Shown here piece by piece: positions 13,263-26,420 of a stretch of DNA of 64,000 nucleotides (its first letter is position 1; every line of letters starts with the position of its first letter). Origin of the DNA: Felis catus. Its lineage: Eukaryota. The translations under genes were made by a program, and so were the position numbers. The notes beneath the pieces were generated by a model. That model saw nothing but the letters and a program-made list of their open reading frames with translations, was not told where the DNA came from and ran no database searches. The stretch spans positions 224,442,001 through 224,506,000 of the forward strand of contig NC_058368.1 of assembly GCF_018350175.1 (NCBI RefSeq), read 5' to 3'.

Positions 13263-13315
13263 ATTTTATTTTATTTTATTTTATTTTATTTTATTTTATT
13301 ATTTTTATTATTTTT
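13263..13315. repeat. (TTTTA)n microsatellite
   Basis: Directly visible. Confidence 0.9.
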
Positions 13316-16300
13316 CTCTGGTGACTTTGTATCCCTAGACCTTGAAGTGGGTAAGTCACTTTCATTTCCAGGTATTCTCTCTCTGCCTCCCTCTTTCTCT
13401 TGAATCTTTAAACAGATGTCCCATTTATTTGTTCCACAGTGTGTTCTCTGAAGTCTCGTGTCTATTTTAATATCTTTATATTTTCAGATGAAGAGAGATT
13501 TTTTTGAGTCCCAGAGGTGTTAAAAGGAAGCCTACAGCTTGTTCTGGAAGAAGCTCTCTGAGACCCAGGTGTTGACGGTGTCGCTTTCTCAGACACACAG
13601 ACGCACCACTCATGATGCTGTGTTCGTTCGCTCCCTTCCCATGACCTAGCCGGCAGACAAGGAAAACAAGTGTCAACCAGGAAAAAGTCTGAATTCCACT
13701 GTGCTCTGTTTCAGGGTGAAGACTACGTGTCCCCAAATTTGTTTTCATCTAGTGCCTGTCCACTCATTTGAGCTGTACCTTGTATCACTCATGGGTCATC
13801 ATTGTACTTCCCCCCCCCCCCCCATAAGATTGATGGTTTGGAGAAATTCCTCCAAAACTGTAATATAGTAACTATGACTCGTAGTTCTCAAGGGGTAAGT
13901 TTTTGTGATATTTTTGACGCCACTTCCCCTTGGTATTGTACTAGTAACCAGGAGAGACTGTGACAAATTCCACTTGGCAAATGCCGCTCGAAACAGTAAA
14001 TCTTCAAAACAATATTGTATACCATTGTTTTGGGTGGATGCGGGTAGTTCCGGTAAAGAGATAGCAAAAGTACTCTTACATAGCCTAAATATTACTTGCA
14101 CTTCCAAAAGAGTGATGAATTTAAATGCATGCCCTAGCAAAAAAGGGCGTAATAACAAAAGACTTTAGATATCTCTTCGAGAATGAGACTAATTCAAATT
14201 AACAGAGAAATAATTGTCCGTCTCTGTTGTTACATCTATTACCTAATTAAAGAATGAATAAAATGTCACAGCAGAGGGAATGACATTTGTTTAACAAGAA
14301 ATCATTAACATTGTGTCTGTTCCTATTGAACTCAGGGAAAGCTATACAGTTGATTACATCTGATAATCCAGCAACTACGTTAGTTTGCTTTAATCCACAA
14401 ACCACGTGAAAAAGCCACACATCAGTTCAACCTATTTTTTGGAAGTATAATTCTTATTTCACCTTAAAAATAAGTAGCTAGTAAAAAGAAGAGTTAGGAC
14501 AAAATTTCATTAAAAAATATGTTTTATTCACTTCTCAATTCTGGTGAAGAAATGGTTAGCCACGGTTATTTAAAAAAAGAGGCTTTGCTTATAGGATTTA
14601 ACAGTAAAATATATGAACATATGGTATTATTCATTTATAGTCCAGATTGATTATTATATATTAGAATTCTTAATTATTTCCCTCACTAAGATCAGTGATT
14701 ACTGATCAAATTATCATCAGTAGAGGATGGAGTTGTTTACATTATAAAGCTTTAAAATGTTTTAAAATTTAAAACTTCAAATTTAAGATTTAAAACACAC
14801 TCAGTTATGTATCCTTTTGAGTAAAATTGAGTCCTTGCTATATTTCAGGATTATTCCCACTACAAATATAGTCTCTAGGTCTCTTTTTCTGTTTTTATTT
14901 TTATTTTTACCTCTCTATTTCCTAGAGTTAATTATCACTGCTATCAATAGATTCTTTCTGTGTTAACACGGGTTTAGTTTTTATTTTTTACTTATTTTCT
15001 GTTATATGTTTTTAACAGTTCTTCTAAATCGGAATCTAATGAACAGGATACTTTGGGAGGTTCAGATACTAAAAACAAAAACCATCATGATCTATTTTGG
15101 AGCCAGAGATCTTCAATGGAATTGAAAAATTCAGTGAGAATATCTGATTGTACTCTACATTTGCAAACATTAGGATAGGTGAATACACTCAGCACAAAAA
15201 CGAAGTGTCTCCTCAGCCTCTATTATTTTAGGTCTCATGAATTCTTTGTTGTTGCTAACAGATAAACTGTCTTCTTGTAATTACAATTTGGTGTCCTGCT
15301 GGGTCCAAGAAGTTTCTAGAAGGCTGGTAACTGATATGTAATGAAGTAGGTGTACTTAGGTTTGTTTTAATTGTTCATCTGAATTTTCCCTGGTTACTAC
15401 TTTTACTTAACTGTGAGGTCACAACATGTGACCTATAAGGCTTATTATTTTAAGCACTGATTAAGGTTTACTTTGGGGGCATATGAATGATTGATTTTTT
15501 TCTATTGCTCTAGGATCAAAATTAAAAGTCTGATTCTGCAATTTTCACACACACAAATATACAAAAACATGTTTATGTCCAGTGGGATATGTCTCCATGA
15601 AGATACCGACAATTAAGTAGTGAGCCCGGTTCTCCCTTTTTGGGAGTTAAACTTTGTTGGAGAACCGTGAAGTCAGCTCACAGCTGAGAACTTAAAAAGT
15701 CAGCTATTTCTGCTTGTAAATTGCCCAATCCTTTTTACTAGAATCACTCACCCCACGCCAAAGTTGAAACAGTTAAACATTTCAGGAGCCTAAAGATACG
15801 TGGTGCAGTGGGAACTAGACATTTATCCTCTTTAGATTGGACATGCTCTCGAGGACACGCACTAGCATTTGCTCTTAATCAGGAAAAAATTGGGTGTATT
15901 AGACTGTGAGGTGGTGTATCAATTTCCAATCTGATGCCGGTGAATTTGACCACATGCAAGGGTAACTTTAGTTTCCATCTCAAGACCGCCTCCCATTTAA
16001 TCACACTTGCTGATGTGACTCGATTGCTACTGGTATTCGTGCCATCTCTGCTATTATAGCATTAATACCACCATTAATTAATTAATTAATACTGTCATTA
16101 ATACTACGTGCGCACTCATGGGGACACACATACACGCACAACATGCCCAAGTTTGGCTTACAATTGACTGGTACATCTTTGTCTTTTTATTTTGACCTTT
16201 TTTTGTTTGTTTGTTTCTCATAGTAGTCAATGTAAGCTATATTTTGCTATTTGCCTCAGTCAGAGAAACTATCTTTCCAAAACGATTAATGTGGTAATCT

Positions 16301-16398
16301 GACTTATTGCTACTATTCTAGGTCTACAATATAACATGATATGATATGATAGCATAAGTATCTGCCCCAATGTTCTACCCCAGTGTGTTTGAAATGAT

Positions 16399-16616
16399 GG
16401 GGCGCCTGGGTGGGCTCAGTCGGTTGAGCGACTGACTTTGGCTCAGGTCACGAACTCAAGATTCGTGGGTTCGAGCCCCGCGTCGGGCTCTGTGCTGACG
16501 GCTCGGAGCCTGGAGCCTGCTTCTGATTCGGTGTCTCCCTCTTCTATCTGTCCCTCCCCCACTCATGCTCTGTCTCTCTCTGTCTCAGAAATAAACATTA
16601 AAAAAAATTAAAAAAG
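16399..16616 (+). mobile_element. CAN-SINE (SINEC_Fc), CpG-rich
   Basis: GGGGCGCCTGGGTGG head, GGTTCGAGCCCCGCGTCGGGCTC body, A tail. Confidence 0.97.
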
Positions 16617-16661
16617 AAATTAAGCAAGTCAGTATATTAATAAAAGGATTTGCCAATTTGC

Positions 16662-16663
<2 letters not shown>

Positions 16664-16694
<31 letters not shown>
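16664..16694. repeat. (GT)n microsatellite
   Basis: Directly visible. Confidence 0.95.
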
Positions 16695-16697
<3 letters not shown>

Positions 16698-17489
16698 TTC
16701 TTGAAGTAATGAGTTTTATTGTGGTGGTGGTAGTCATTGTCTACACATGAAAGAGAAGAAATGAATATGACTTTCGAGTACAAGTTCCAAAGCCCTGATG
16801 TTATTAAAGGCCGCAGATAAGAGGGCTTAGTGATGTCTCTGTTCTACATTTTTCTCCTATCCTTATGTAGCCCCTTTGGAAATTTCCACACGTTTTCCGG
16901 CATATGCTGCAGAGGTGCCCATTGTCTTGATTTTGAAATAGGCATGGTAACATCAATATGGAGGGTCTTAACTTTCAGAGATAGAAACGTATGCAAGGTC
17001 TTGTGCTCTGTACTACACAAATTTATAATCTTCCAACTCCTATGCAGTTTAATACCAAAGGCACTCCACAGTGCTTTTTTTTTTTTTCAGCCATGTTTGC
17101 TGTGGGCATGATGGGCAAACAATGATCACGGCAATTATTAAGCTAGAGTCACGGGAGGTCACGGAAGATAGATATTGACCAAACACATCCTGAGTCTGGT
17201 CGTCTGCATCTGACGCGTCAGGGATCCTGTGGTTAAGGTCTGCACTTGAGGCAATGCTACTCATAGCAAAAGGGTTGTCACATACGACGCTGTGGTTTTC
17301 GTGACTCCGGAGCTACCTGCTGGTGAATTCTGACTTCTAGACTTGAGGAAATCTAGTTAATTATTTAACCAAGGTCTTGGAGTTTTTAAGCAGTGGAGCT
17401 GACATTCACTGTGATGGTCCCTGTCTTTGCCCTCTCGTCTCTCCTACACTGAGGCTTTAATTTAGCTTTAATTCTCCTCCGCTGAATTC

Positions 17490-17760
17490 ATTCTAAAGGT
17501 TTCCAAATGATATTATAATAAAGTCCAAAATATTTACTAAGGCCCACGGGCCGCCCGTGTGGCTGCCTGGATCTACTTCCCTGGTCTCATTGCCACCACG
17601 TCTCCCGGCCACTCTCTCTGCTCAGCCCCGGCAGATTGCCCTCTGGGTTTGAACGTCCCGCATTTTTGCCTGTGTCAGAATCTTTGCCCAGGCAGCTCCC
17701 TTTGTCTGAGATTTATCCACTGCCCAGCGGGACCTCCTGTCCTACCCCAACTCCTGAAAC
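17490..17760 (+). mobile_element. L2 fragment
   Basis: AATAAAGTCCAAAATATTTACTAAGGCCCAC...CACTCTCTCTGCTCAGCC resembles the L2 3' region. Confidence 0.55.
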
Positions 17761-18059
17761 TCTGGACCGCTGAGCAGGCCTCTCCCGAGTCTCAGATTAA
17801 ACATGCCGGAAGGCATTTTTGGTTCACTTACGTGTGCTTGAGCAGTGATGGCTCTCCCTTTATTTCTCTAAATCTAAGAAAGAAAAATGTCTTTTTCATT
17901 TAAGAAGTTAGAAATTAGAATGCTATTTATAGCCAGTACGCACATTTATAGAGGTAGTTGGCTTTGTTACAGTGGTACCATTTTTTCCTAAAAGCCTGCT
18001 GTTAAACAGTCATCTCATACCTTAAGAGATGCTAGAGTTTAAAACAACAACAACAACAA

Positions 18060-18170
18060 TCGTGCAGTGATATTTCACAAACCACCCTAAGTAGTCTTCA
18101 CATATCTTATGAGGTTGTTGTTAGCACCCTAGCCCTTCGTAAATGAGGAAACTGAAGCCAGAATGGAAGG
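18060..18170 (-). mobile_element. MIR fragment
   Basis: MIR core ATGAGGAAACTGAAGCCAGA. Confidence 0.6.
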
Positions 18171-18790
18171 CACTAAATGTATCACTAGGGTGAAACACAA
18201 ATGAATAGATCGATCAAGTCCTTCATGCGAGTGAACCGCTCCTCTGTGACAATTAGCCTGTGCTTGCATATGTCAAATGGCTCTTGTTGCACTGCCTCTT
18301 ACCCCTTCTAATGTCAGTTCCTGGTCGTGATGGGCTTTTTATCTGCTTCTCTGACCTTCCCACAAGACTGCTTACCTCTAGATGCCTGTTCTTTCGAGTC
18401 AGCCAGTGGAAGCTTTCTGCTGCCCTCTGCTGGCTGCAGCTAGCCTTTGGGATTCATTCTTCGGACGCCAAACCCATCTCAGAGCAAATCCGGAGCCAGA
18501 AACAAAACCAACCGAGGAGACACCACTGGGCCCATCACAACGCTAAAAAATACTGTGTTCGATTATGAGAGTTGACATTACGTTGGTCAAATGAGACACC
18601 AATTCAATGCTGTTCCTTTCCCTTTTGAACATATCTGTGCCTGTACCTATGCAAGGGTTAAGACTAACATGTACCAGAAGCCATACCCTTCAAAGATTGG
18701 ATGGTTAATGGCCTGTCCTTTCTTTCTGCCTGTGCTACCTTCTTATAAAATAAAATTTGGGAATGACATATTTAAAGTAAAGGCATTCAT

Positions 18791-19019
18791 GGGGCGCCTG
18801 GGTGGCTCAGTCGGTTGAGCGTCCGACTTCGGCTCAGGTCATGATCTCACCGTCCGTGAGTTCCAGCCCCGCGTGGGGCTCTGTGCTGATGGCTCAGAGC
18901 CTGGAGCCTGTTTCAGATTCTGCATCTCCCTCTCTCTGACCCTCCCCCGTTCATGCTCTGTCTCTCTCTGTCTCAAAAATAAATAAACATTAAAAAAAAA
19001 AGTAAAAAAATAAATAAAT
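18791..19019 (+). mobile_element. CAN-SINE (SINEC_Fc), young, with TSD
   Basis: Near-consensus copy; TAAAGTAAAGGCATTCA duplicated on both flanks. Confidence 0.97.
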
Positions 19020-19996
19020 AAAGTAAAGGCATTCAGGGAAATTCTTACATAAAGGTTAAATCTTTATTGCAGCCTCTTGACCTGGTATATTCTGAGAAAA
19101 ATGGCACACCATTCAGTAAGCCTTCTTAATAGAGCAAGAAATGTAACCTGTGAATCTATGACACGGCAGCGTTCCCGTCCTACTGACTGAATGCCATCTG
19201 CTTCGCCACACGCATGTTCTATGCTTCTATCCAAATCGACGTATGTTCCTGACGCATGTCATTGTCAACTACATGGTCATCCTCTCCCCAGCCTGGTAGG
19301 AACAATAATCACTGCTCCTATGCTGGTCACCCATTTCACTCAGGTAACTATTTTCTCCGTATTCACTATTGGCAGGTGGCAGACACTTTTTTTTCCTACT
19401 TCTTTTTTATTTGTCTGGATTTGTTGAATTCCCTTTAGCGAACGGTATTACCTTTGTGGTTGAAGACGGCAAAAATTCCACAACGATGAACGTTTATTCT
19501 GAGAGTAAACAAACTAAATCAATGAACTACTTAGTGAAGGGAAGCCCGTGTGAAGTTGGAAAGAGGAATGGCACAAATGGAGGACAGCTTCAGCTTTGTC
19601 ACTGCCAAGATACGGGTGACAGAATAAATATGTCACGTTGGTTTGTGGTCAGGATATGTCTCTCTCCCTGATTTTTCTAAAATTTATTTTGTATGGATAG
19701 GGAAAAAAATTCACTTTTGATGACTAGTTCTACGAGTCATGAAAAATGAATATGGTTGTATAAATACCACTGAAGTCAAGACACAGAAGTGTCATCACCC
19801 ACTAAAATTTCTTCTTGCTCAAACCCAGCCTTCACTGCCAGCATCAATGGTTTGCTTCTGTCCCCTGTACTTGTCCTCTTTTCAGAACATCATAGGGATG
19901 GAATCGCAAAGTAAGTAACTTTGTGAATCTGATGTTTTTCACTTGGGATACGTGTGTTTGAGATTTTCGAATTATATTGCATATCAACAAATTCTT

Positions 19997-20216
19997 GGAG
20001 CGCTGGGTGGCTCAGTCTCTTGGGCGTCCGACTTCGGCTCAGGTCATGATCTCACCATCTGTGAGTTCAAGCCCCACGTCGGGCTCTGTGCTGACAGCTC
20101 AGAGCCTGGAGCCTGCTTCAGATTCTGTGTCTCCCTCTCTCTCTGACCTTCCCCCATTCATGCTCTGTCTCTCTCTGTCTCAAAAATGAATAAACGTTAA
20201 AAAAATTTAAAAAAAT
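19997..20216 (+). mobile_element. CAN-SINE
   Basis: Typical body GGGCTCTGTGCTGACAGCTCAGAGCCTGGAGCC. Confidence 0.95.
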
Positions 20217-20322
20217 CTTTTTTTATTACTGAATATATTTCAGTGTATGGATGTATCACATATTGTGTAGCCATTCACAAGTTGTTCTCTAGTGTCTGAT
20301 AATTAAGAATAAAATTATTATA

Positions 20323-20543
20323 GGGGCCCCTGGGTAGCTCAGTCAGTTAAGCGTCCAACTTCGGCTCAGGTCATAAACTCAAAGTTTGTGAGTTCGAGCC
20401 CCGTGTCGGGCTCTGTGCTGACAGCTCGGAACCTGGAGCCTGTTTCAGATTCTATGTCTCCTTCTCTCTCTGCCCCTCCCCCACTTGTGCTCTGTCTCTT
20501 TCTGTCTCTCAAAAATAAATAAACGTAAAAAAATTTTTTAACA
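20323..20543 (+). mobile_element. CAN-SINE with TSD
   Basis: TSD AATAAAATTATTATA / AATAAAATTGTTATA. Confidence 0.95.
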
Positions 20544-22691
20544 AATAAAATTGTTATAATTAATACAGGCTTTGTGGGAACACAAATTTTAATTTCTTTT
20601 GGTCACCTGCCTAAGAGTAGAATGAAGTTTTCGGGTGATAAGTGTATACTTAAGTCTATGATTAACTGCCAGAAAAGTTATATCAAAGTGTGTGAAACAT
20701 TTTTAATTCCCACAAGATATCTAAGAATTTCAGTTGCTCTGTATCTTTGCCAGTACTTACCATCATAAGTAAGAATAGTTTCAAGATTTCAATAGTTTCA
20801 TAGTGATATTTCATCGTGGTTTAGACTAGTATTGCTCTAATTATTAATGATACTGATCACATTTTTGTGTATCCATTTGCCATCTGTATATTTTCTTTGG
20901 TGTAGTCTATGTTCAAATATGTGTCCAATTCTTATGAGAATGTTTAGTGTAGAATTGTTGATTTTGAGTGTTCTTTGTATATTTGGATAAGAGTATTTTG
21001 TCTTTTCACGCCTTTAGTGTTGTCTTTGCAGAAGAAAATTTTAATTGTGATGAAATTAATTTTACCAATGTATTCTTTTGTGGGTCATGTTTGGGTTATC
21101 ATATCTAGAAAACTTTGCCTTAGAAATGTTGCAGAATTTTTCAACAGTTTTCGTCTAAAAGTTTTACACATTTACATTCTACATGCCACTCTATAACCCA
21201 CTTTGAATTAATTGCTATGTAAGGTGTGAAGCATGCATTGTTTTATTTTTTTGCATATGGATATACAAATGTTCTAAATCATTTATTGAAAGGAGTGGGT
21301 TTTCTTTTTCTTCATAGAATTTTCTTTTTACTTTTGTCAAAAGTCAACGGACCATATCCATTTGAGTCTATTTTGAGACTCTCTATTCTGTTATTTTTAT
21401 CTATGACTTGATAATTGTACCATTAGTGCAGGTATTGAAACCAGCTAGTATGATTTCAAATCAGCTAGTATGATTTCTAGCAACTATGTTCCTCCTTTCA
21501 TAATTATTTTGTTTACTATATTCCCTTTCAAGTCCATATAAATTTTAGAGCAGCATGCATGTCCAAATCTACAAAAATTCCTGCTGAAATTTTGATAAGG
21601 ATTGTGTATAGATTATGAGTAGAATAATGGGTTGCCAGGATCTCTTTTCATTTATTAATTGGTGGCTCTGGCAATTACTAGATGCATATCATTTAAAAAT
21701 CTAATTAAAGATAGCATTTTACCAGTTCAAGTAAATTTTTTATTTTAAAGCCCTGTAGGTGTCTTTTTCGTCTTCATTTTATGTAACGATTGTCATAAAT
21801 ATATTACACTTTCATATATAATGTATTGAAAACCCTACTAGAAAAGTTAATAAATTTAGGTTTCGACATGAATAACTATTTTAAATAATAAGACAATGGT
21901 CTTATATTTACCAAATATTTACTTTCACCTTCATTCTCACAGTCCAAAGATTTCCTCTGTAATGATATTCTTTCAAACCTGAAGGATCTTCTGTAGTATT
22001 TTTTAGAGAAAAACTTTTCCCAAAAACTTTTTTTTCTTCACCTTAGAATACCTTTATTTAGCATATATTCTTCAAGGTTAATCCTACAGAATTGAGATTT
22101 TTTGGAGGTTTGACCCTCTCTCCCCCCAACAGTTTAAATATGTTGTCCGAATGTCTTATAGGCAGCATTTTTTCTGCATGAATTTCTAAAAGAAACTCAT
22201 AGCAGTTTGAATTATTCATCCCCTATATACAAAATTTCCTTATCCACTCTCTGCATTCTGGATAATATATGTTTTATTTTCAATTTTCAGCTCTTTGATC
22301 ATGATGTGCTTGGGTATGACTTATACTTTCCAAAGTCTGAACTTCTTTAATGTGTACGTTTATGATTTTTAAACCAAATTTGGAAATTTTTCAGCATTAT
22401 CTTTTTTTTTTTCTTTTTTTAAAATGCTGAATAGAACTTGTCTTCATTCCTTCTGTGACACCAAATTAATAAATGTTAGCCTTTTTTATAGTCCCAAAAC
22501 CTCTGAGGCTCTATTCTTTATTTTATCTCTTGCTTTTTCCTCTGTTCTTGAAATGGGTTAGATTCTATCGATATATCATCAAGTTCTTGAACATTTCCTT
22601 CTATCGTCTACATTCTGCTACTAAGCTCTCATGGTGAATTTTTATTTCAGATGTTGTTAATTTCAGTTCTAACGTGTCCACTTTATTTGTT

Positions 22692-22887
22692 ATTTCTCTA
22701 AACGGTTATTGACTTTTGAGAGCGAGAGAGAGAGAGAGAGAATGGAAGAAAGGCAGAGAGAGAAGGACACACAGAATCCAAGCAGGCTCCAGGCTCTGAG
22801 CTGCTGTCAGCACAGAGCCCGATGCGAGGCTCGAACTCACAAACTGAGAGATCGTGACCCAGCTGACTGAGCCACACAAACGTCCCC
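22692..22887 (-). mobile_element. CAN-SINE with internal deletion in the head
   Basis: Reverse-complement body present; segment between GACC and GACTGAGCC shortened. Confidence 0.9.
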
Positions 22888-22959
22888 ATCCACTTCACTT
22901 TGAAATGTAACTTCCATATGTTTGATAAGAATTCTATCTTTCATTTGTTTTAAGAGCTT

Positions 22960-23190
22960 TCTTTTTATTATTATTATTTTTAACGTTTTTATTTTTATTA
23001 TTGAAAGACAGAGACAGTCAGAGCTTAAGCAGGGGAGGGGCAGAGGGAGAGGGAGACACAGAATCCGAAGCAGGCTCCAGGCTCTGAGCAGTCAGCACAG
23101 AGCCAGAGGCGGGGCTCGAACTCTCAAACCTCGACATCATGACCTGAGCCGAAGTCTGACGCTTAACCGACTGAGCCACCCAGGCCCCCC
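22960..23190 (-). mobile_element. CAN-SINE
   Basis: Full length; AAGAGCTT on both flanks. Confidence 0.95.
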
Positions 23191-23578
23191 AAGAGCTTCC
23201 CTCTCTACCATGTGGAACCCAGTTAGAATACCTACTTTAAAATCTTTCTCAACTTGGAGTTCGCAGCTGTTACTTGGTCATACTTTGTAGTTTTTATTAA
23301 GTCATGTAATTTTGTTTTGGACTTCGGACATTTTCAATATTATTTTGGAGACGTGATTCTTTTAAAATCATTTGGAAAATGTTGAAATGTCTGTTTGTTT
23401 TTGTTGTTGTTGTTTGTTTGTTGTTTTTTCAGGCAGTTAACGTGGTTAGGTTAATCCCACAGATCTGTCTCATCTCTGTAAGTGGTGATTCCAGGATCAG
23501 TCCAGCTTCCACGGCCTTTGTTATGCTGTTTGTGCACATACCGTTTAGAGGTTCACCTGGGATTTGGATAGTTCCTAT

Positions 23579-24016
23579 CAGGGTTCAGTAGTTTTTTCTA
23601 TACAACATTTTTTTTAATATTTTTATTTTAATTTTGGGGACAGAAAGAGACAGAGCATGAGCAGGGGAGGGGCAGAGAGAGAGGGAGACACAGAATCCGA
23701 AGCAGGCTCCAGGCTCTGAGCTGTCAGCACAGGGCCCGACTCCGGGCTCAAACCCACAGACTGCACGATGATGACCTGAGCCGAAGTCGGAGGCTCCACC
23801 GACTGAACCACCCAGGCGCCCCAGTATTTTTTTTCTGTAAAGAGTTAGATGATATTTTCGGTGTTGTGGATTACGTATGGTCTCTGTTGCATGCTGTTAT
23901 TTGTTGTCTGCTCCCTTACTTGTTGTACAGCTCTTAAAAACATAAAACTATTTTTAGCTCATGGGATGTGCTCATCTGGGCTGCATTGTTCTGTGGAATG
24001 TAGTTGTTCAAACCTG
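23579..24016. mobile_element. MER58-like hAT MITE, split by a SINE
   Basis: CAGGGTTCAG...TTTTCTGTAAAGAGTTAGAT...ATGGTCTCTGTTGCA...AAAAACATAAAACTATTTTTAGCTCATGGG...GTAGTTGTTCAAACCTG. Confidence 0.7.
23608..23822 (-). mobile_element. CAN-SINE inserted in MER58
   Basis: Full length, ends CCCAGGCGCCCC. Confidence 0.95.
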
Positions 24017-25899
24017 ATTTATAGACTCTTTGGTTCTCAAAACCTCTGCAGTGCTTCTTGGAGTCTGTTGTTCTGTGAATGGCAAGCTTGAGATATCAAT
24101 TGAGCCCCACAGAGAATGACAGGGTCAGAATTACAGGACCAGGATGAGGGTCATCTCTCACCAGGATCTCCTGCACAGTCTCTGGATCCCAGGGGCCACT
24201 TTTTCTGATTTTTCTGGCCCCACCCAAACACAGATTTGTCTCAGAGTCTCATCCACTTTACTCCGATGCTCGTGTCCACACAAATCGAGCTGCGCTCAGA
24301 GAAAAGCAGCAAGAGAAAGGGGGAAAAATAACAGAACTCTTCCCACGCTCTGGACCACACGACTCCTGATTCCTGGTCCCTGTGGACGGAGATGTAGGAG
24401 TTCTGTCACAAGTGTGCGGTGTTTGCAGCTTTGCTAACGGAGTACAGTTTCGTGGGTGACAGTGTCCCCAGAGCAGGGCGTGGAGAAAAAATTGCATGAC
24501 CCTAAACTCTTGAGCTTTGTAGCCAAAATTGCCCTGTTTGTGGTTCCCACGTTCTTCACAGTTCATCAAGCTGGGCCACCCTTGGGTGATGAAAGAAGGA
24601 AGAAAACATAGAATACTCCCCAGCAAACCGGTCTTCAATTTGGACTTCCTATTCCAATACACCTGCTATCGTTTACTTAGAATCAAGGATTTTTAGTTGC
24701 AGTCAGTGGAAGGAATAAGGTGGAAATGAGCTCACTCTACCTTTGCCGACCACAGATCCCTCCACATACGTTTTCAAAATATGTTCCACGTGCATCTAAC
24801 TCATAGATTTGTGTGCTTGTATTCTGAAAGTCCTTCCATCTTCAAATATGTAGAAGGATATGGGAGAACCGAATTGACTAAATATTTGGGGAACTATGAA
24901 TTTTACCAGCTTAAGCACAAGACACACAGCCCCAAATAGACTTTAATATGGGGGGTTGTATTAAAAATTTACTTTACAAAAGTAATGACAAAATAAAATT
25001 GTCAAAATCTCTGGCAATATTTATAGCCATGAATTACAATGAGAAAGTGGAAGGTAATTTAAAACTGAATTTGTTCCCACATCTGCTAGGGGAAAAAAAA
25101 TGCACTCTGATTGCACACACATACACATTTTTATTTGATTTCACAGAACAACAAAAAACTGGAAGTCGATCATAAAAAAAGTATGACAGCAAAATATACA
25201 ATTCATGGTTTCAATAGCTTTTCCATTGTCAACTTTCTAAGAAATGGGTCCATGGCCCCCACATTCATCAACGGAAGAAATCTTTCCAGTGTCAAAATGA
25301 ATTGGGCATGAATAAATATAACTTGCCAGATATCAGGGAATCTACAGAATTTTAACTCTTATAAAGCTGTCAGTGTGAGCTACATCTTACGAAAACATAT
25401 CTCAATAGTTTATGACACCGAATTTCTACAACATTTGCCAGATAACAGAGAATTTGTGCAATATTCGCCGTTAACATTTTCAAAGTTATGTTTATATGGA
25501 TAGAATCATAATTTTACCTTTGTTTTCATTATGCGAAACCAGGTAATCACAAGGTTCATTAATATAGACACGGAGATATAGTTCAATAATCAGCGTAAGT
25601 ATTAAAACATGCACCCACTGCTATAAGACCCTGTTACACCTGAAGGGATACTCTAGGCACGCACGGTAAATAGGAAGTGACTTCATATTAATTATACCAA
25701 AAAATGAATATAAGTACATTCATTAATATGACTACAAAACAAAACCTTCAGTAGCATAATCATAAAGCAAAACCTTTAATATCCATAACGTGAGGACAGA
25801 TACAGTGTTTTATAAAGTTCCAGTCAGAATACTGTTGCTGAAAATTCATAGATCTCTTCTATCTGTAAAATGTGTTGGTCTTAATAACAAATCTAGAGA

Positions 25900-26420
25900 A
25901 GCTGTGTGAGCTGCAGGAATCTCACAAGAGTGACACTGGAAACAAGAAGAAAAATCTTTGCTGTCCAGGGCGGTCAGGAAAGATTTTGCTGATCAATGAT
26001 TTTGAGCAGACAGCCGACAGTTTAGAAAAACCCGGGCTGTGAGACATTTGAATATATTAGAAAAGAGCATCCCAGGCCCGAGGGAATAACAGTCACAAGC
26101 ATTGACTTATAGGAGGATATTTGCCATGGGACGAATAAGGAGGTTTATCAGTTGTGGTTACATCGGCGGGGGCGGGAGGTACTGGGGGGGGGAAGGGGAG
26201 GGGGTAAGGAGGAACCTCGTGGATATTTGGTCAGAGAGGGAACTGAGGGTTCACTTATAAGTTTTGTAATCTTTGTAAGTTTTGACAAGCTCTTTGCCTT
26301 TTATTCTATGTGAGGTGATAAGCCATTTAAAAGGTTTAAGCAAATGAATGCCATATATTTTAGAGGTATCACTCCGGATCTTCTTAAGATAGAGCATCGG
26401 GGAGAATATTTTGCAAACAA
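25900..26420 (-). mobile_element. L2 fragment
   Basis: GGTCAGGAAAG...TTTTGAGCAGA...AGCATCCCAGGCCCGAGGGAA...TTTATTCT...AGCCATTTAAAAGGTTTAAGCA. Confidence 0.65.

Larger units (their letters stand above)
19670..24760 (-). mobile_element. Large degraded L1M (L1MC/MD-type) block: 3' UTR/ORF2 on the left, ORF1/5' UTR-like on the right, with many later insertions
   Basis: Antisense L1 phrases throughout (ATTTGCCATCTGTATATTTTCTTTGGTG; TTTGCATATGGATATACAAATGTTCT; AAAATTCCTGCTGAAATTTTGATAAGGATTG; CAAATTTGGAAATTTTTCAGCATTAT); may be more than one element. Confidence 0.8.

Noticed and set aside
13799..14168. Overlapping 119-aa and 87-aa ORFs on opposite strands
   Set aside because: No recognisable homology, non-ATG starts, one ends in a homopolymer run; consistent with chance
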